In this document: one piece after another, positions 49,876 to 60,419 of the stretch | How positions within the stretch are numbered: position 1 is the stretch's first letter | Layout: each line of letters begins with the position of its first letter | DNA from: a virus | IMG/VR virus record: IMGVR_UViG_2822706143_000001 | DNA length: 64,000 bases | Direction: 5' to 3' (one strand) | Notes under the pieces: model-generated | Databases searched by the model: none | What the model was told of the DNA's origin: nothing | What the model saw: the letters and a program-made list of their open reading frames with translations, nothing else | Translations under genes and position numbers: made by a program

Positions 49876-50601
49876 ATGAACTGGAGAAAAATTTTTGGTT
49901 ATCGCTCTAAAACAGGATGGAAAATGTTTATCGCTTCTATTTTTTATATCTTAATTTTATTTTTGATACTTCAAGCAATCATTCCAAATTCTATCCATCC
50001 CATAATTGTTAACATAAGTCTTTTGGGTTTTTTGTTAAGCTTACTAGCTTTAATTATTGGATTAATAAAACCACAATTGGTGTTACCAAAAATACAAATT
50101 AAAACAAGAAAAAAAGTGTTATTTTCATATTTATATCTGGCTTTAGCATTCTTTTTAATGGGTAGTGCGTTTCTTGATGTAAAACCAGCTTCCAAACAAA
50201 CTACACAAAAGGTAGATACAAAAGTTTCCACTTCAGCTGATACCAAAGAAGACACAAAGAATAAAGAGGAAACTGATCGCAAAGCTCAGGAAGACGCTGA
50301 TCGCAAAGCTCAAGAAGACGCTCAACGTAAAGCTCAGGAAGATGCTTCTCAAAAGAAAAGTGCTATCGTTTCCTCATCTAGTGGTAATCATGGAGGTTCT
50401 AATGGCCAGCCTTTCCAGAATAACCCTAGTGATGACAAGGAATCCAACACTACTTGTAAAGGACAAATTAAAGGAAATGCCAATTCTAAAAAATATCATG
50501 TTCCTGGTGGTCAATTTTACGATTCTACAAAAGATAATATCGTATGGTTCTGTTCAGAGGCTGATGCTCAGGCCGCTGGCTATGTAAAATCTAAGAGATA
50601 A
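49876..50601 (+). CDS. Lysogen-expressed membrane protein with C-terminal IKGN..KYH..FCSE domain
   Basis: Three to four TM helices, (D)RKAQEDA repeats, CKGQIKGNANSKKYHVPGG..WFCSEADAQAAGY; followed by a terminator at 50606-50653. Confidence 0.75.
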   Translation: MNWRKIFGYRSKTGWKMFIASIFYILILFLILQAIIPNSIHPIIVNISLLGFLLSLLALIIGLIKPQLVLPKIQIKTRKKVLFSYLYLALAFFLMGSAFLDVKPASKQTTQKVDTKVSTSADTKEDTKNKEETDRKAQEDADRKAQEDAQRKAQEDASQKKSAIVSSSSGNHGGSNGQPFQNNPSDDKESNTTCKGQIKGNANSKKYHVPGGQFYDSTKDNIVWFCSEADAQAAGYVKSKR

Positions 50602-50750
50602 AAAATCACCATATAAAGGGAAGTTCTCTAAAAGAGCTTCCCCTTATATGGTGTATATATGTAAAAAAATAGATGTATTCGATCTATAATATCCATCTCT
50701 TTCACATCGCTACTTTTTTCCATAATTTCCACCGATAAGTAACTCTATTT

Positions 50751-51290
50751 TTACAATTTTTTAAATAAATCTTCTTCTTTTAGCTTTATTTCTTCTTCAA
50801 TTAACTCTTTATATTTTAATGCTTCAAAATAATCAAAAGTAAATGCGCTACTATCCCGTCTCCTGTCATTATTACCTCTTCTAGCAAAATTCTCATAGTA
50901 AGTATACAAATGAATTTCAGATTCTTCTCTACTCATATTATTTAATTGTAGATTTTCAAAATCGGCAACAAAACTATTTTGTCCTGTAGCCATTTCAGGC
51001 TCAATAGCTTCTGGTACACCTGAATCTATTGATGATTTATATGTAGTTAAATGAACAATAATATCCGCATACTCATGCTCAACTTCTTCTATTTGCTCTC
51101 CTACAGTAATAAGACAACCTATTTCTTCTTCAATCTCACGTACTAAGCTTCTTGAGGCTTTTCTCCTTCCTCCATTCTTGGAAGTCCATTTCCCCCCCCA
51201 TGGTTCGAAGGGTTTCTCTCGGTATCTTAAAATATTCCATTAGCTCTTTAGCCTTTACGATTTTTTTCGATTCCAATTGCTACCACCATA
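50751..51290 (-). pseudogene. Degenerate chimeric ORF containing a NUDIX/MutT-like fragment
   Basis: GEKPQEA/LVREIEEEIGCLITVGEQIEEVEHEY..VHLTTYK across frameshifts (G8 tract at 51192-51199). Confidence 0.55.
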
Positions 51291-51478
51291 CTTTATCATA
51301 TATTTTATTCTTCATTACCATATATTAACATTTAATTCCTAGCAAGATATAAATTAGCAATCTCATACAGTTTAATATATATAAATTAATATATAAAAAT
51401 AACACTTCAAACTTTTTCTCTTTTATTATAAAATAAGAACAAATGTTCTTGTTTTATAATTTGAATGGAGTGAAAATC

Positions 51479-51991
51479 ATGTTTCAATCGCAACGCTACT
51501 ATACAACACAACTTGAAGACTATATCCAGCAATTGTACCAATCCATATCTATTATTGTTCCTGAACAAATAGATATGATAGAGATTGCGAAAAAGCTAAA
51601 CATTTGGCTGTACTTTGCTCCGTTTGGAAGTCATGCAATGGAAAGGAATCAAATAGCTAACTTAGTTATTGATAATCGTATCTCTCAGCAAGAACAATGG
51701 GAGGATTTTGGCCATGAGACCTGTCACATCCTATTTCATTCTGGTAATCAATTATTAATGCGTCAAATGTTTCTAGATTATCAAGAAGCAAAGGCTAAAA
51801 ACTTCGCACAACAATTTTGTGTACCTACTTTTATGTTACGAAAGCTTCCTCCCCTACAGTTAAAAGCATATATAATCTCAGAAAAATTCAATGTAACAAC
51901 ACAATTTGCTGAAAAAAGGCTTTTACATTATGAAAATCAATTATTAGCAAGTAAATTACAGAACCAAATATCACAATACTGTAATTTTTAA
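51479..51991 (+). CDS. ImmA/IrrE-family metallopeptidase (anti-repressor)
   Basis: EDFGHETCHILFH (HExxH), EAKAKNFA. Confidence 0.9.
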   Translation: MFQSQRYYTTQLEDYIQQLYQSISIIVPEQIDMIEIAKKLNIWLYFAPFGSHAMERNQIANLVIDNRISQQEQWEDFGHETCHILFHSGNQLLMRQMFLDYQEAKAKNFAQQFCVPTFMLRKLPPLQLKAYIISEKFNVTTQFAEKRLLHYENQLLASKLQNQISQYCNF

Positions 51992-52011
51992 AACTAACGA
52001 TACAGGAGGTA

Positions 52012-53154
52012 TTGAATATGAAAGGAAGTTTTCGTAAACGTGGAAATACGTGGTCTTTTACAATAGATATCGGTATAGATCCAACCACAGGAAAACGACA
52101 GCAAAAAAGTAAAAGTGGATTTAGAACAAAAAAGGAAGCCCAAAATGCTGCTGCAACGATGATTACAGAGATAGAGAAAGGAATATATTTTGATGACAAA
52201 CAATTAACTGTTTTAGATGTATGGGAAAAGTTAAAGCCTCTTCGTAAAGCTGAATTAAAAATTACATCTTATGAAAAAGACATGAGCTTAGTTAGGCTCT
52301 ATATCCTTCCCCCATTTAGTTATAAAAAAATTAAAAGTATTAAGCCCATAATGATTCAAAGCTACTATGCTGAACTTAAGGAAAAAGGACTATCAAATGG
52401 TACAATCAGCAATATCCACCGCTGCCTAAGATGCATTTTCAAACACGCTGTAGAATGGGAAATCATACATGATAATATAATGAATAAGGTTAAAAAAACA
52501 CGTGAAGAGCAAGGTGAGATGAAAACATGGTCCAGCGAAGAATGCAATCGATTCCTCCAGTATCTAAAAGAAAAAAATATTAAGTACCATATGTTCTTCT
52601 TACTTGCAATTTATACAGGTATGAGACGCGGAGAATTACTTGCACTAACATGGAAAGATCTTGACTTTGATAATAAACGTATCTTGGTTAATAAATCACT
52701 TGTAAAAACAGAAAAAGGACTATTTAAAGCTGCTACAAAAACTAAATCTTCAAATAGAAGCATTAGTATCTCTTCTTTTGTTATAGGAAAGTTACAATCC
52801 TACTACTCTTATAAAAAGAAAGAATTTTTCCGCTGGGGTATACACTTGAATGAAGAAGCCTTTATTTTCACCGGCAATACGATACATTCGCCCTTACATA
52901 TAGATGCTCCTCATCGGTTTTTGAATGATCACTATAAAAAAGCTGGTGTTTCTCGGATTCGTATACACGACTTACGACATACTCACGCTACACTAATGCT
53001 TCAGGCTGGGGAACACCCTAAAATCGTACAAGATCGCTTAGGACATTCATCTATTCAAATGACTTTAGACAAGTATAGTCACATCACACAGAACATGCAG
53101 CAACAAGCAGCAGAAAACTTCGAGAGCATAATAAAATCTAATGAAAACACCTGA
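52012..53154 (+). CDS. Prophage tyrosine integrase
   Basis: Arm-binding N-terminus (SGFRTKKEAQ), TGMRRGELLAL, HDLRHTHAT, RLGHSSIQMTLDKYSH. Confidence 0.95.
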   Translation: MNMKGSFRKRGNTWSFTIDIGIDPTTGKRQQKSKSGFRTKKEAQNAAATMITEIEKGIYFDDKQLTVLDVWEKLKPLRKAELKITSYEKDMSLVRLYILPPFSYKKIKSIKPIMIQSYYAELKEKGLSNGTISNIHRCLRCIFKHAVEWEIIHDNIMNKVKKTREEQGEMKTWSSEECNRFLQYLKEKNIKYHMFFLLAIYTGMRRGELLALTWKDLDFDNKRILVNKSLVKTEKGLFKAATKTKSSNRSISISSFVIGKLQSYYSYKKKEFFRWGIHLNEEAFIFTGNTIHSPLHIDAPHRFLNDHYKKAGVSRIRIHDLRHTHATLMLQAGEHPKIVQDRLGHSSIQMTLDKYSHITQNMQQQAAENFESIIKSNENT

Positions 53155-53172
53155 TAAAAAATGAAAAGATTT

Positions 53173-53260
53173 AATGTGAGCAAAATGTGAGCATCGAGGG
53201 AAATCACCACTTAGAAACCTTGATATAATAAGGTTTTCCATACTATATCGTTGAATCTTG
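53173..53260. other. Integrase-proximal att region (arm-type repeats)
   Basis: AATGTGAGCA x2 (53173, 53184) and the inverted repeat AAACCTT-N8-AAGGTTT (53215-53236); core site not determinable. Confidence 0.55.
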
Positions 53261-53469
53261 GGAGAAGAATGAGCAGTTTTAGAATTGTTCATTTTATATT
53301 ATATAAAACTACAAAAGTGTCACAAGTGCCTGTCATACAAGCATTTGCGACACTTTTTATTAACTACACTAATGCTTATTACTAAAAATTCAACTTTAAA
53401 ATATAAATAAAAAAAGAAAAGGACGATTTCTATCGCACTTTTCAAATCACATCCTATAAAGGCACTCTA

Positions 53470-53745
53470 TTAGGATCTTCTCTTTCTAGGACCTACAATT
53501 AATTTAATTGCTGTTCTTTCTTGATTATTGATAGAAATCTCTTGAAATGCTGGAACAAAAGCCAAATCAACACCACTTGGAGCAACAAATCCTCTTGCAA
53601 TCGCAATTGCTTTAATTGCTTGATTTAAAGAACCTGCCCCAATTACTTGGATTTCCACATTGCCATTTGCTCTTAGTACACCGGCTATTGCACCTGCAAC
53701 TGAATTTGGACTTGATTTTGAAGATACCTTTAATATATTTTCCAT
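53470..53745 (-). CDS. spoVS: Stage V sporulation protein S
   Basis: ILKVSSKSSPNSVAGAIAG..AIGAG.LNQAIKAIAIARGFVAPSG. Confidence 0.95.
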   Translation of the reverse strand: MENILKVSSKSSPNSVAGAIAGVLRANGNVEIQVIGAGSLNQAIKAIAIARGFVAPSGVDLAFVPAFQEISINNQERTAIKLIVGPRKRRS

Positions 53746-54504
53746 GTAAGTTGCTCCCTCTATTATTTAATAGCTCTTTCGTTACAGTTTTAAATATTTC
53801 AACGTATCTTTAACTATTATTCACACCAAAAGCAAACAATGCTTCCTATGTAAATGAATTCGATACCTTTCGTCTTCTTCCTGCCCAACTGCACAAATAA
53901 AAAGTAACGAATAAAGACTCTAATATACAAACGTTTAAATAGGAGCAATTCGCTAAACGACAACATTATCGCACCAAAAAATAACAATGCTACTTTTTCA
54001 GGTGCAATTCGTATAATAAGCGTTTCATCAATAATTCAATTTATTTAGAACTTCAGTTCATTTTTCTACCAAATTATTAATTTTTTCGTCTTCAAAAATC
54101 GTTATACATATTATTCTAATAAACTATATTTCACCATTTGAGTGCTTTATATTCCAAATCTACCACCTTATACAGGATAGGCATACATGCCAATAGTAGT
54201 TCATTTACATATACTACTATGTATCTTACATTTATTAATCATCAGGAGGTAATATATTGGGTTCATACTATCGTTCTTCAAACTCGTATAAAAGATGTTC
54301 CTGCCACGATTCACATAAACCATCAAAGCCAGCTTACGGTACTTTCTGGAAAACTGAGTTTATAACTGTTCCTTTTGGTGGTTCTTTCCCATTATAGAAC
54401 GTAACCCCCTATTTCATTATTCTGTTAACCTAATAAACATAAAAAATTGCCGTCCCCTTCTAACACAAGGTTTCGGCAATATTCATATCAAAATCTATTC
54501 ACTC

Positions 54505-56106
54505 TTACTTCTCCACATAAACCGACTTAACAATCGTACGATTATAAGGTTTTCCTTCTTTATTTATCCCTTTTATATCCATCGTAACGTTATATACCCC
54601 TGGTTGCTTTATGTCCTTCAAAGCACCTGTAAATGTATTTGTATTAACATTTTGTAATTCATTAAATTCAGAGACTAGCTTCCCTTCTTTATTAACAACT
54701 CTTACTGTTATGGAAAGATTTCCTTTCATTTCAGGTGCCGCAGGTGATTTTTTCAGTTTATACTCTGATTTGTTAATTTTGACTTTTGTTGGCATTTGAA
54801 GAACGAATGGCGCGCCACTTTTGTGATCGCTTACAATTAAGTATGCATCTTTCGACTGCTTCGCCATCATTTTAACTCTCCATTCTCCTACGTCCATTTT
54901 GTCAAATTTAAATGTACTAATTGTTGCCCCATTAAAGAAAGATTCACCTTCACCAGTAGTTATCGTACTATCTTTATTTGTATACACTTTTCCTTTTGGA
55001 GATATTAGTTGTATTTCTACATCAGAAGCAGCTGTTAATACAGAAACCATTCCTTCTGCCTTTTTATCAACCGCCACAGCTTGCTCTATCCACTGACTTT
55101 GTGGCAATTCTCCCCCTAAAATATTTTGATTAGAAGTTGTATTTAATTGCTCTATATTTTCTTCTGAACTATTACTTGGTGCTACTAAAGGTGGCACGCC
55201 TACATTTGCAGTACGTAAATATGGTTCAATTCGTGCGAAAACAGCTGATCCTTTTCGTATATTGTCATGATCAAATTTGGAATCTGTAAATAAATGTGTG
55301 CCATATGGTAGCTTAGCACTCCATTCATTTACTAATCCATCATTCGAGCCGTACGATGACAAATATAATCCGCCCATAGATAACGCAGAAAATACTGGTC
55401 CCCAGCTAGTCCCAGTAGCCGTATAGTAACGGTTTAATTTAACTGCTGGATTATTATCTATCGTTGAGCGAAATTTTGCCATTTCCCCTATCTGTAACGC
55501 GTACGTACCATCATCTTTTTGACCTAATATAGAAGCAAGCCAACCTGCCCACCAACTATATGATAAATCCGCTAAATTTGAGCCGTGATGTGGTGTCGCA
55601 AGTGTAATAACATTCCCAACAAATCGATTCGCACCATATCCAACTAATGCCGCTTGTGTATCTATACCACCTTTACTATGCGCTACAATAGTAACCTTTT
55701 TACCGAAATGATTATATATTTCTTCCAGTTTTTGTGCTAACAATTTTCCGTTGTCCCACTGACTAGCCGATCCTTTCCCTGCCGCATCATATAATTGAAT
55801 AAATACCGTTTGATATCCCGCTTTCAAAGCATAGTCATACATATCATTTATATCGTGATATACAGTCTTTCCATACCAACTATCCGCATTACCATTTCTG
55901 CCTTGTACAAAGAGAATTGGAGGCTTATTCTCATCATAATTAGTTGGTTTTTGTCCTAAAAACCAATCGCCAGGTGTAAATACTTCTGTATCAGGAAACC
56001 CCTTTCCAAGCTCTTTTACAACTTCTGCCCTTACATTTGTGCTAATCGATGGAGCCATGATAAAAAATATAATTAGTAAGGCAACACATCTTCTCATTAA
56101 TCGCAT
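54505..56106 (-). CDS. Secreted alpha/beta-hydrolase (lipase/esterase)
   Basis: Signal peptide, AHSKGG nucleophile elbow, TLATPHHGS, NDGLV, DHD. Confidence 0.85.
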   Translation of the reverse strand: MRLMRRCVALLIIFFIMAPSISTNVRAEVVKELGKGFPDTEVFTPGDWFLGQKPTNYDENKPPILFVQGRNGNADSWYGKTVYHDINDMYDYALKAGYQTVFIQLYDAAGKGSASQWDNGKLLAQKLEEIYNHFGKKVTIVAHSKGGIDTQAALVGYGANRFVGNVITLATPHHGSNLADLSYSWWAGWLASILGQKDDGTYALQIGEMAKFRSTIDNNPAVKLNRYYTATGTSWGPVFSALSMGGLYLSSYGSNDGLVNEWSAKLPYGTHLFTDSKFDHDNIRKGSAVFARIEPYLRTANVGVPPLVAPSNSSEENIEQLNTTSNQNILGGELPQSQWIEQAVAVDKKAEGMVSVLTAASDVEIQLISPKGKVYTNKDSTITTGEGESFFNGATISTFKFDKMDVGEWRVKMMAKQSKDAYLIVSDHKSGAPFVLQMPTKVKINKSEYKLKKSPAAPEMKGNLSITVRVVNKEGKLVSEFNELQNVNTNTFTGALKDIKQPGVYNVTMDIKGINKEGKPYNRTIVKSVYVEK

Positions 56107-56656
56107 GTTACTCCCCCCACTTTTTTTGAAAGAAGGTGCTCTTTGTAATAATTTATATTTTCTCCCTTAATAATAGCTAATCTTTTTATTTGAAAAAGAT
56201 GTTAGCCCTATATTCAGGTGATTACTCGTACACCCTCTTCCTTAACTCACGTTATTCTCTTCGTTTCCATCTCTTCCTTTTGAGTAAACACGACAAAAAA
56301 ATTTCTCAATAATTGTTAACTTCACTACATCAAGATGTTTTTCAAATCATGATTGTTTATATAAAGCATACAAATCTTGAAAAAATTTTATTAAAAAAAC
56401 ATTTTATTACTAATTAGTTATTTAAAAACATAATGAAGATATGTATTTTCTTTTCATTACATACAAACGAATTTAAAAGGAGCTTGTATTGTAAGACTTT
56501 CTTATGACTAAATATTTAACTGAAATTTCAAAATATAAAATCATATTTCCAGAAACATATATTATGATAATTTCCGCAGACTTGAATTAAGTTTTTAGAA
56601 GTACTAACCTATCGGTAAGCAGAAGAAAATTCTGTAAAAAGAAAGGAGAATGCTTT

Positions 56657-57496
56657 ATGATGACCAATTTACAAAAGGAGTTTTTTAAACGATTAAAAAT
56701 TCCCGCAAAAGAACTAACATTTGATGATTTAGATGAAGTCCTCTTAAAAATGGGAATGATTTTCCCCTATGAGAATCTTGATATTATGGCTGGTACTATT
56801 AAAAACATTTCAAAAAATAACTTAGTAGAAAAGTTACTTATTCAAAAAAGAGGCGGTCTTTGTTATGAATTAAATTCCTTATTGTATTACTTTTTAATTG
56901 ATTGTGGGTTTCAAGTATACAAAGTAGCTGGTACTGTATACGATCTTTACGATAATAAATGGAAACCTGATGATGGTCATGTCATTATCATTTTAAGTCA
57001 TGATCATACAGATTATATTGTGGATGCAGGTTTTGCATCTCATCTCCCTTTACATCCAGTCCCTTTTAATGGCGAAATCATATCTTCTCAAACGGGAGAA
57101 TATCGAATTTACAAACGAAATACCCGAAAAGGTACACATATTTTAGAAATGCGAAAAGGCGCAAACGGCGAATCTACAAGTTTCTTACAATCTGAACCTT
57201 CAACCGAATGGAAAATAGGCTATGCTTTCACTATAGATCCAATAGATGAGAAAAAAGTGAATAACATTCAAAAAGTAATTGTAGAGCATAACGAATCGCC
57301 TTTTAATAAAGGGGCTATCACTTGTAAATTAACTGATTATGGTCACATATCATTAACGAAAAAAAATTATACAGAAACCTTTAAAGGCACAAAAAATAAA
57401 CGACCAATAGGTTCTAAAGAATATGCTCGCATTCTTCGTGAATCTTTTGGAATCACTCAAGAGAAATATGTAGGAAAAATATTAGAAAGAGGCTAG
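56657..57496 (+). CDS. Arylamine N-acetyltransferase
   Basis: PYENLD, RGGLCYELN (catalytic Cys), GHV, VDAGF. Confidence 0.93.
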   Translation: MMTNLQKEFFKRLKIPAKELTFDDLDEVLLKMGMIFPYENLDIMAGTIKNISKNNLVEKLLIQKRGGLCYELNSLLYYFLIDCGFQVYKVAGTVYDLYDNKWKPDDGHVIIILSHDHTDYIVDAGFASHLPLHPVPFNGEIISSQTGEYRIYKRNTRKGTHILEMRKGANGESTSFLQSEPSTEWKIGYAFTIDPIDEKKVNNIQKVIVEHNESPFNKGAITCKLTDYGHISLTKKNYTETFKGTKNKRPIGSKEYARILRESFGITQEKYVGKILERG

Positions 57497-57640
57497 TTGA
57501 TTAAAAATATTTCATAATAAAGCAGATTCTATATATAGAATCTGCTTTATTTTATAATTTTTTATAGCGTAATTCCTTATCAGTGTTACTCTTTTAAAAG
57601 ACTAGTATTATTAAGCATTTCTTTTTGTGCCATGTATTAC

Positions 57641-57850
57641 TTACATTTCAATTATATACTCATCATCATATTTATCGTATTGTAGCCCTGCTCCTATTTT
57701 TGATTCCGTAACTTGATCCCTTAAAAACGGTGCGGCTTCCATTTTGCTAGTTGCAATTTCAATTCCATATTTTTTCGTTAAATGAGCTAACTCTATTAAA
57801 AACCACTCTCTTCGCAATGAAACTGGAATATCTAATGTTCTTCTTTTCAT
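57641..57850 (-). CDS. Hypothetical protein
   Basis: AAAAGAGGTG RBS before MKRRTLDIP. Confidence 0.55.
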   Translation of the reverse strand: MKRRTLDIPVSLRREWFLIELAHLTKKYGIEIATSKMEAAPFLRDQVTESKIGAGLQYDKYDDEYIIEM

Positions 57851-58058
57851 ATATAATAGCACCTCTTTTATTTTCATAACTTAAAAGAATATCACTTATC
57901 AAAACTATCGTTCATCACAAACGCCAATGAAACATTATAGTATATGCATGTCCATTTTAAACGTGCTAATATAAAACACCATTATAGTTTACATAAAATA
58001 ATTATGTAATAGTAGAAAGAGGAGGCTTGTCCTCCTCTTTCTACTATAGAGATTTAAA

Positions 58059-58211
58059 TTAAGAACATCTTGGTACACCAAAAGCTAAAAATAATGCTGC
58101 TACTCCTGCTGTAATCGGTACTTTTAACGTAATTACATCGTCTACCTTCGTTACTAAAAAGTACGCATTACCTTCTTGTAATATACAATTCACTAACAAT
58201 TGAAATTCCAT
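58059..58211 (-). CDS. exsG: Exosporium protein G-like (50 aa)
   Basis: MEFQLLVNCILQEGNAYFLVTKVDDVITLKVPITAGVAALFLAFGVPRCS; AAAGGAGG RBS; symbol from my recollection of the ExsG sequence. Confidence 0.75.
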   Translation of the reverse strand: MEFQLLVNCILQEGNAYFLVTKVDDVITLKVPITAGVAALFLAFGVPRCS

Positions 58212-58571
58212 TCAAATCTCCTCCTTTCAATCGATATACTTTAATTTATGAAATTTCTTTAAAAAAGTAATAGGAAATATATCTATTTTTCTTTATATAC
58301 ACATTAATTGTTTATATATATATCTATTAAAAATATTAATTTTCGAAATGAATATAAAACGTGTATTATCCAATAAGTTCCTATATAATCAATAGAGAAA
58401 ATCTTGCAAATGGAAGTATGAAAATGGCTATTTTGAGTAATATTGGTGGCGTATTATTTCTATTTGCTTTTAATCTTTTAATCTTATGTATCCTTTTCAT
58501 TCTTTAAGAAAAATGGAAAAGCAAAACAATATGGTCGTCCTACCGTTATCTTTTTTATTATTTCTATTGTA

Positions 58572-58781
58572 TTAATAATGACCGGTACAACAAAATCTGA
58601 ACACCCAGTTATCGAATTTTTTACTTTGGCGTTGTATATCTTCCAACTCATTAAAGATTGGAATAACACTTTCTAATTTCTTTTTATCGATACGTTCATT
58701 TACAAGATCCCGTCCTAACATTGAAATGAATGTACCAATTATAACCGCTTGTGCTGGTTTAGTTAATTTGGCTTTATCCAT
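58572..58781 (-). pseudogene. Phage hypothetical protein, apparently frameshifted
   Basis: GGAGG RBS; occupies the slot immediately after the conserved leader block. Confidence 0.45.
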
Positions 58782-59168
58782 CCTTCATCCCTCCAAAATA
58801 AAAAGCACCCGAATGGATGCTTTTTCATTAAGTATTACATTTGCATTTCAATTATGGTAAATGAAGTTTTATTCTTCTTCCAATCACCTAATCTTATTTA
58901 CATTTATCTGTTTCAGCAATATTAAGTAACTAAAAGAAGAGCAAAACCCCTTCTCCGTTTATACAACGTAAATTGCAATTGAATGTGAAATGAAGAACAA
59001 CCATTCATCCAGCCTGCAACCATCACCACCAGTTATGAAGATCCATTTTCAGAGGAATTTTATGAGCAATGTTTTCGTCCACTTCTCACAATACAAATAT
59101 ATCACGTTAACTCCAAAACGACCGGCACATTTACTGCAAAAAAGCGATCACGAATCTGCCACCTTTCT

Positions 59169-60134
59169 TTAATTGATTGTAGCTCTTATTCTATTAAGTA
59201 ATGAATCTTTTAATTCCCTCTCATCTTTCCAAACAATATGGCTATATTGTCTAGTATCAAAATGCAGATTTGCTAAGTCATTTTCCCTGCAAGTCCATAT
59301 TACAGGTTTACCAAGTCCCATTGCATAGCCGGCTTCAAAATAGACGTCACCTCTATGTTCAGTAAAATCTGCAATTATAAATTTACTTTGTCTTATTTTA
59401 ACTATAATCTCATCATCAATTTTGTTATTGTGTTCCACTTTATCAATTCGAATAGGCTCATAACCTGCTTCTTTTACAGCCGTTGCAATTGCATTCTGAT
59501 ATAGACTATCCATTTTTGGACTAAATGACATAGCGACAAACACCTGCTTAGTATCCGCTTCTCTTCCCTTTTCTAATTCTGCAATACGATTCCACCCTTT
59601 TGCTGTAACTGTAATATGTGCAGGAAAATCTGCTGCAGATAGCTTAGATATCTCAATTAATTCGTCCTGAAATAATTGGTTCGCTATATATTTCATTTCC
59701 AACAAATGAACACTCTGTACAAAAAATAGAGATTTATCTGATTCACGAATATATAATGGGTCACCTGGAAATTTTGACAATTTAGCTAAGTTTATTAATG
59801 ACTCATCCAATCTATCAGAAGCACTATCTGGATATTCACTTAATAGATCCGCTAAAAGATAAATAGGATACGGAAATTCTGAAAGATTTTCATCTGGTCG
59901 ATTAAGAAAAATCATTATTTTTCCCATCCCTCTAATGTTTCTCTTTCTTAAAATTGCAGAAAGTTTTCTCTTCTGCTCTACATTTAATTCGATTCTCGCT
60001 TCTTCAATCATGGAAAATGTGCCACAATTCTCACATTTATATTGCTCTGCACGTCCCCCTCCCACTCCTACTAATTGGGGTTCCTCAATAGAGTTTTGAC
60101 AAACCGGACATCTTTCCCTCATCACAACCACCAC
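59169..60134 (-). CDS. Zn-ribbon + wHTH-like + nucleoside-deoxyribosyltransferase/TIR-like domain protein
   Basis: CPVC..CENC; C-terminal VFVAMSF...IRIDK...IDDEII.KIRQSKFIIADFT....VYFEAGYAMGLGKPVI. Confidence 0.8.
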   Translation of the reverse strand: MVVVMRERCPVCQNSIEEPQLVGVGGGRAEQYKCENCGTFSMIEEARIELNVEQKRKLSAILRKRNIRGMGKIMIFLNRPDENLSEFPYPIYLLADLLSEYPDSASDRLDESLINLAKLSKFPGDPLYIRESDKSLFFVQSVHLLEMKYIANQLFQDELIEISKLSAADFPAHITVTAKGWNRIAELEKGREADTKQVFVAMSFSPKMDSLYQNAIATAVKEAGYEPIRIDKVEHNNKIDDEIIVKIRQSKFIIADFTEHRGDVYFEAGYAMGLGKPVIWTCRENDLANLHFDTRQYSHIVWKDERELKDSLLNRIRATIN

Positions 60135-60371
60135 TTTCTTGTTTATAGCATAATATTAACATATAAATAATTGACTTACCCTTATCTTATATTGTGTGTA
60201 ACTGATCCTATCACTGAATCCCTTGCTATCATTAATTTTATTTAACTTTCTCTTTTGAGTTACACAGTACAAAAATTATGAGTAGCTGTATAGGGAGGGA
60301 TACCACCAGCATTTTTCAAAATAACCTACGCTATGCGGGAACATAAAATAAAGCTGCCCATATGGACAGCT

Positions 60372-60399
60372 TATTTACATAATTCTCGAAAGTGGAAGT
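60372..60399 (-). other. dif-like Xer recombination site C
   Basis: ACTTCCACTTT-CGAGAA-TTATGTAAATA. Confidence 0.7.
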
Positions 60400-60419
60400 T
60401 AATCAACGAGGGTTGAATC

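Larger units (their letters stand above)
4692..53260 (-). mobile_element. Temperate siphovirus-type prophage, possibly defective
   Basis: Complete ordered modules from endolysin to tyrosine integrase. The right end has integrase arm-type repeats; no matching left att copy was found in the window, so the left boundary is approximate. Confidence 0.92.

Noticed and set aside
53250-53420. Possible tRNA or gene target for prophage integration
   Set aside because: No cloverleaf or recognisable ORF; the att core cannot be fixed without the second copy.
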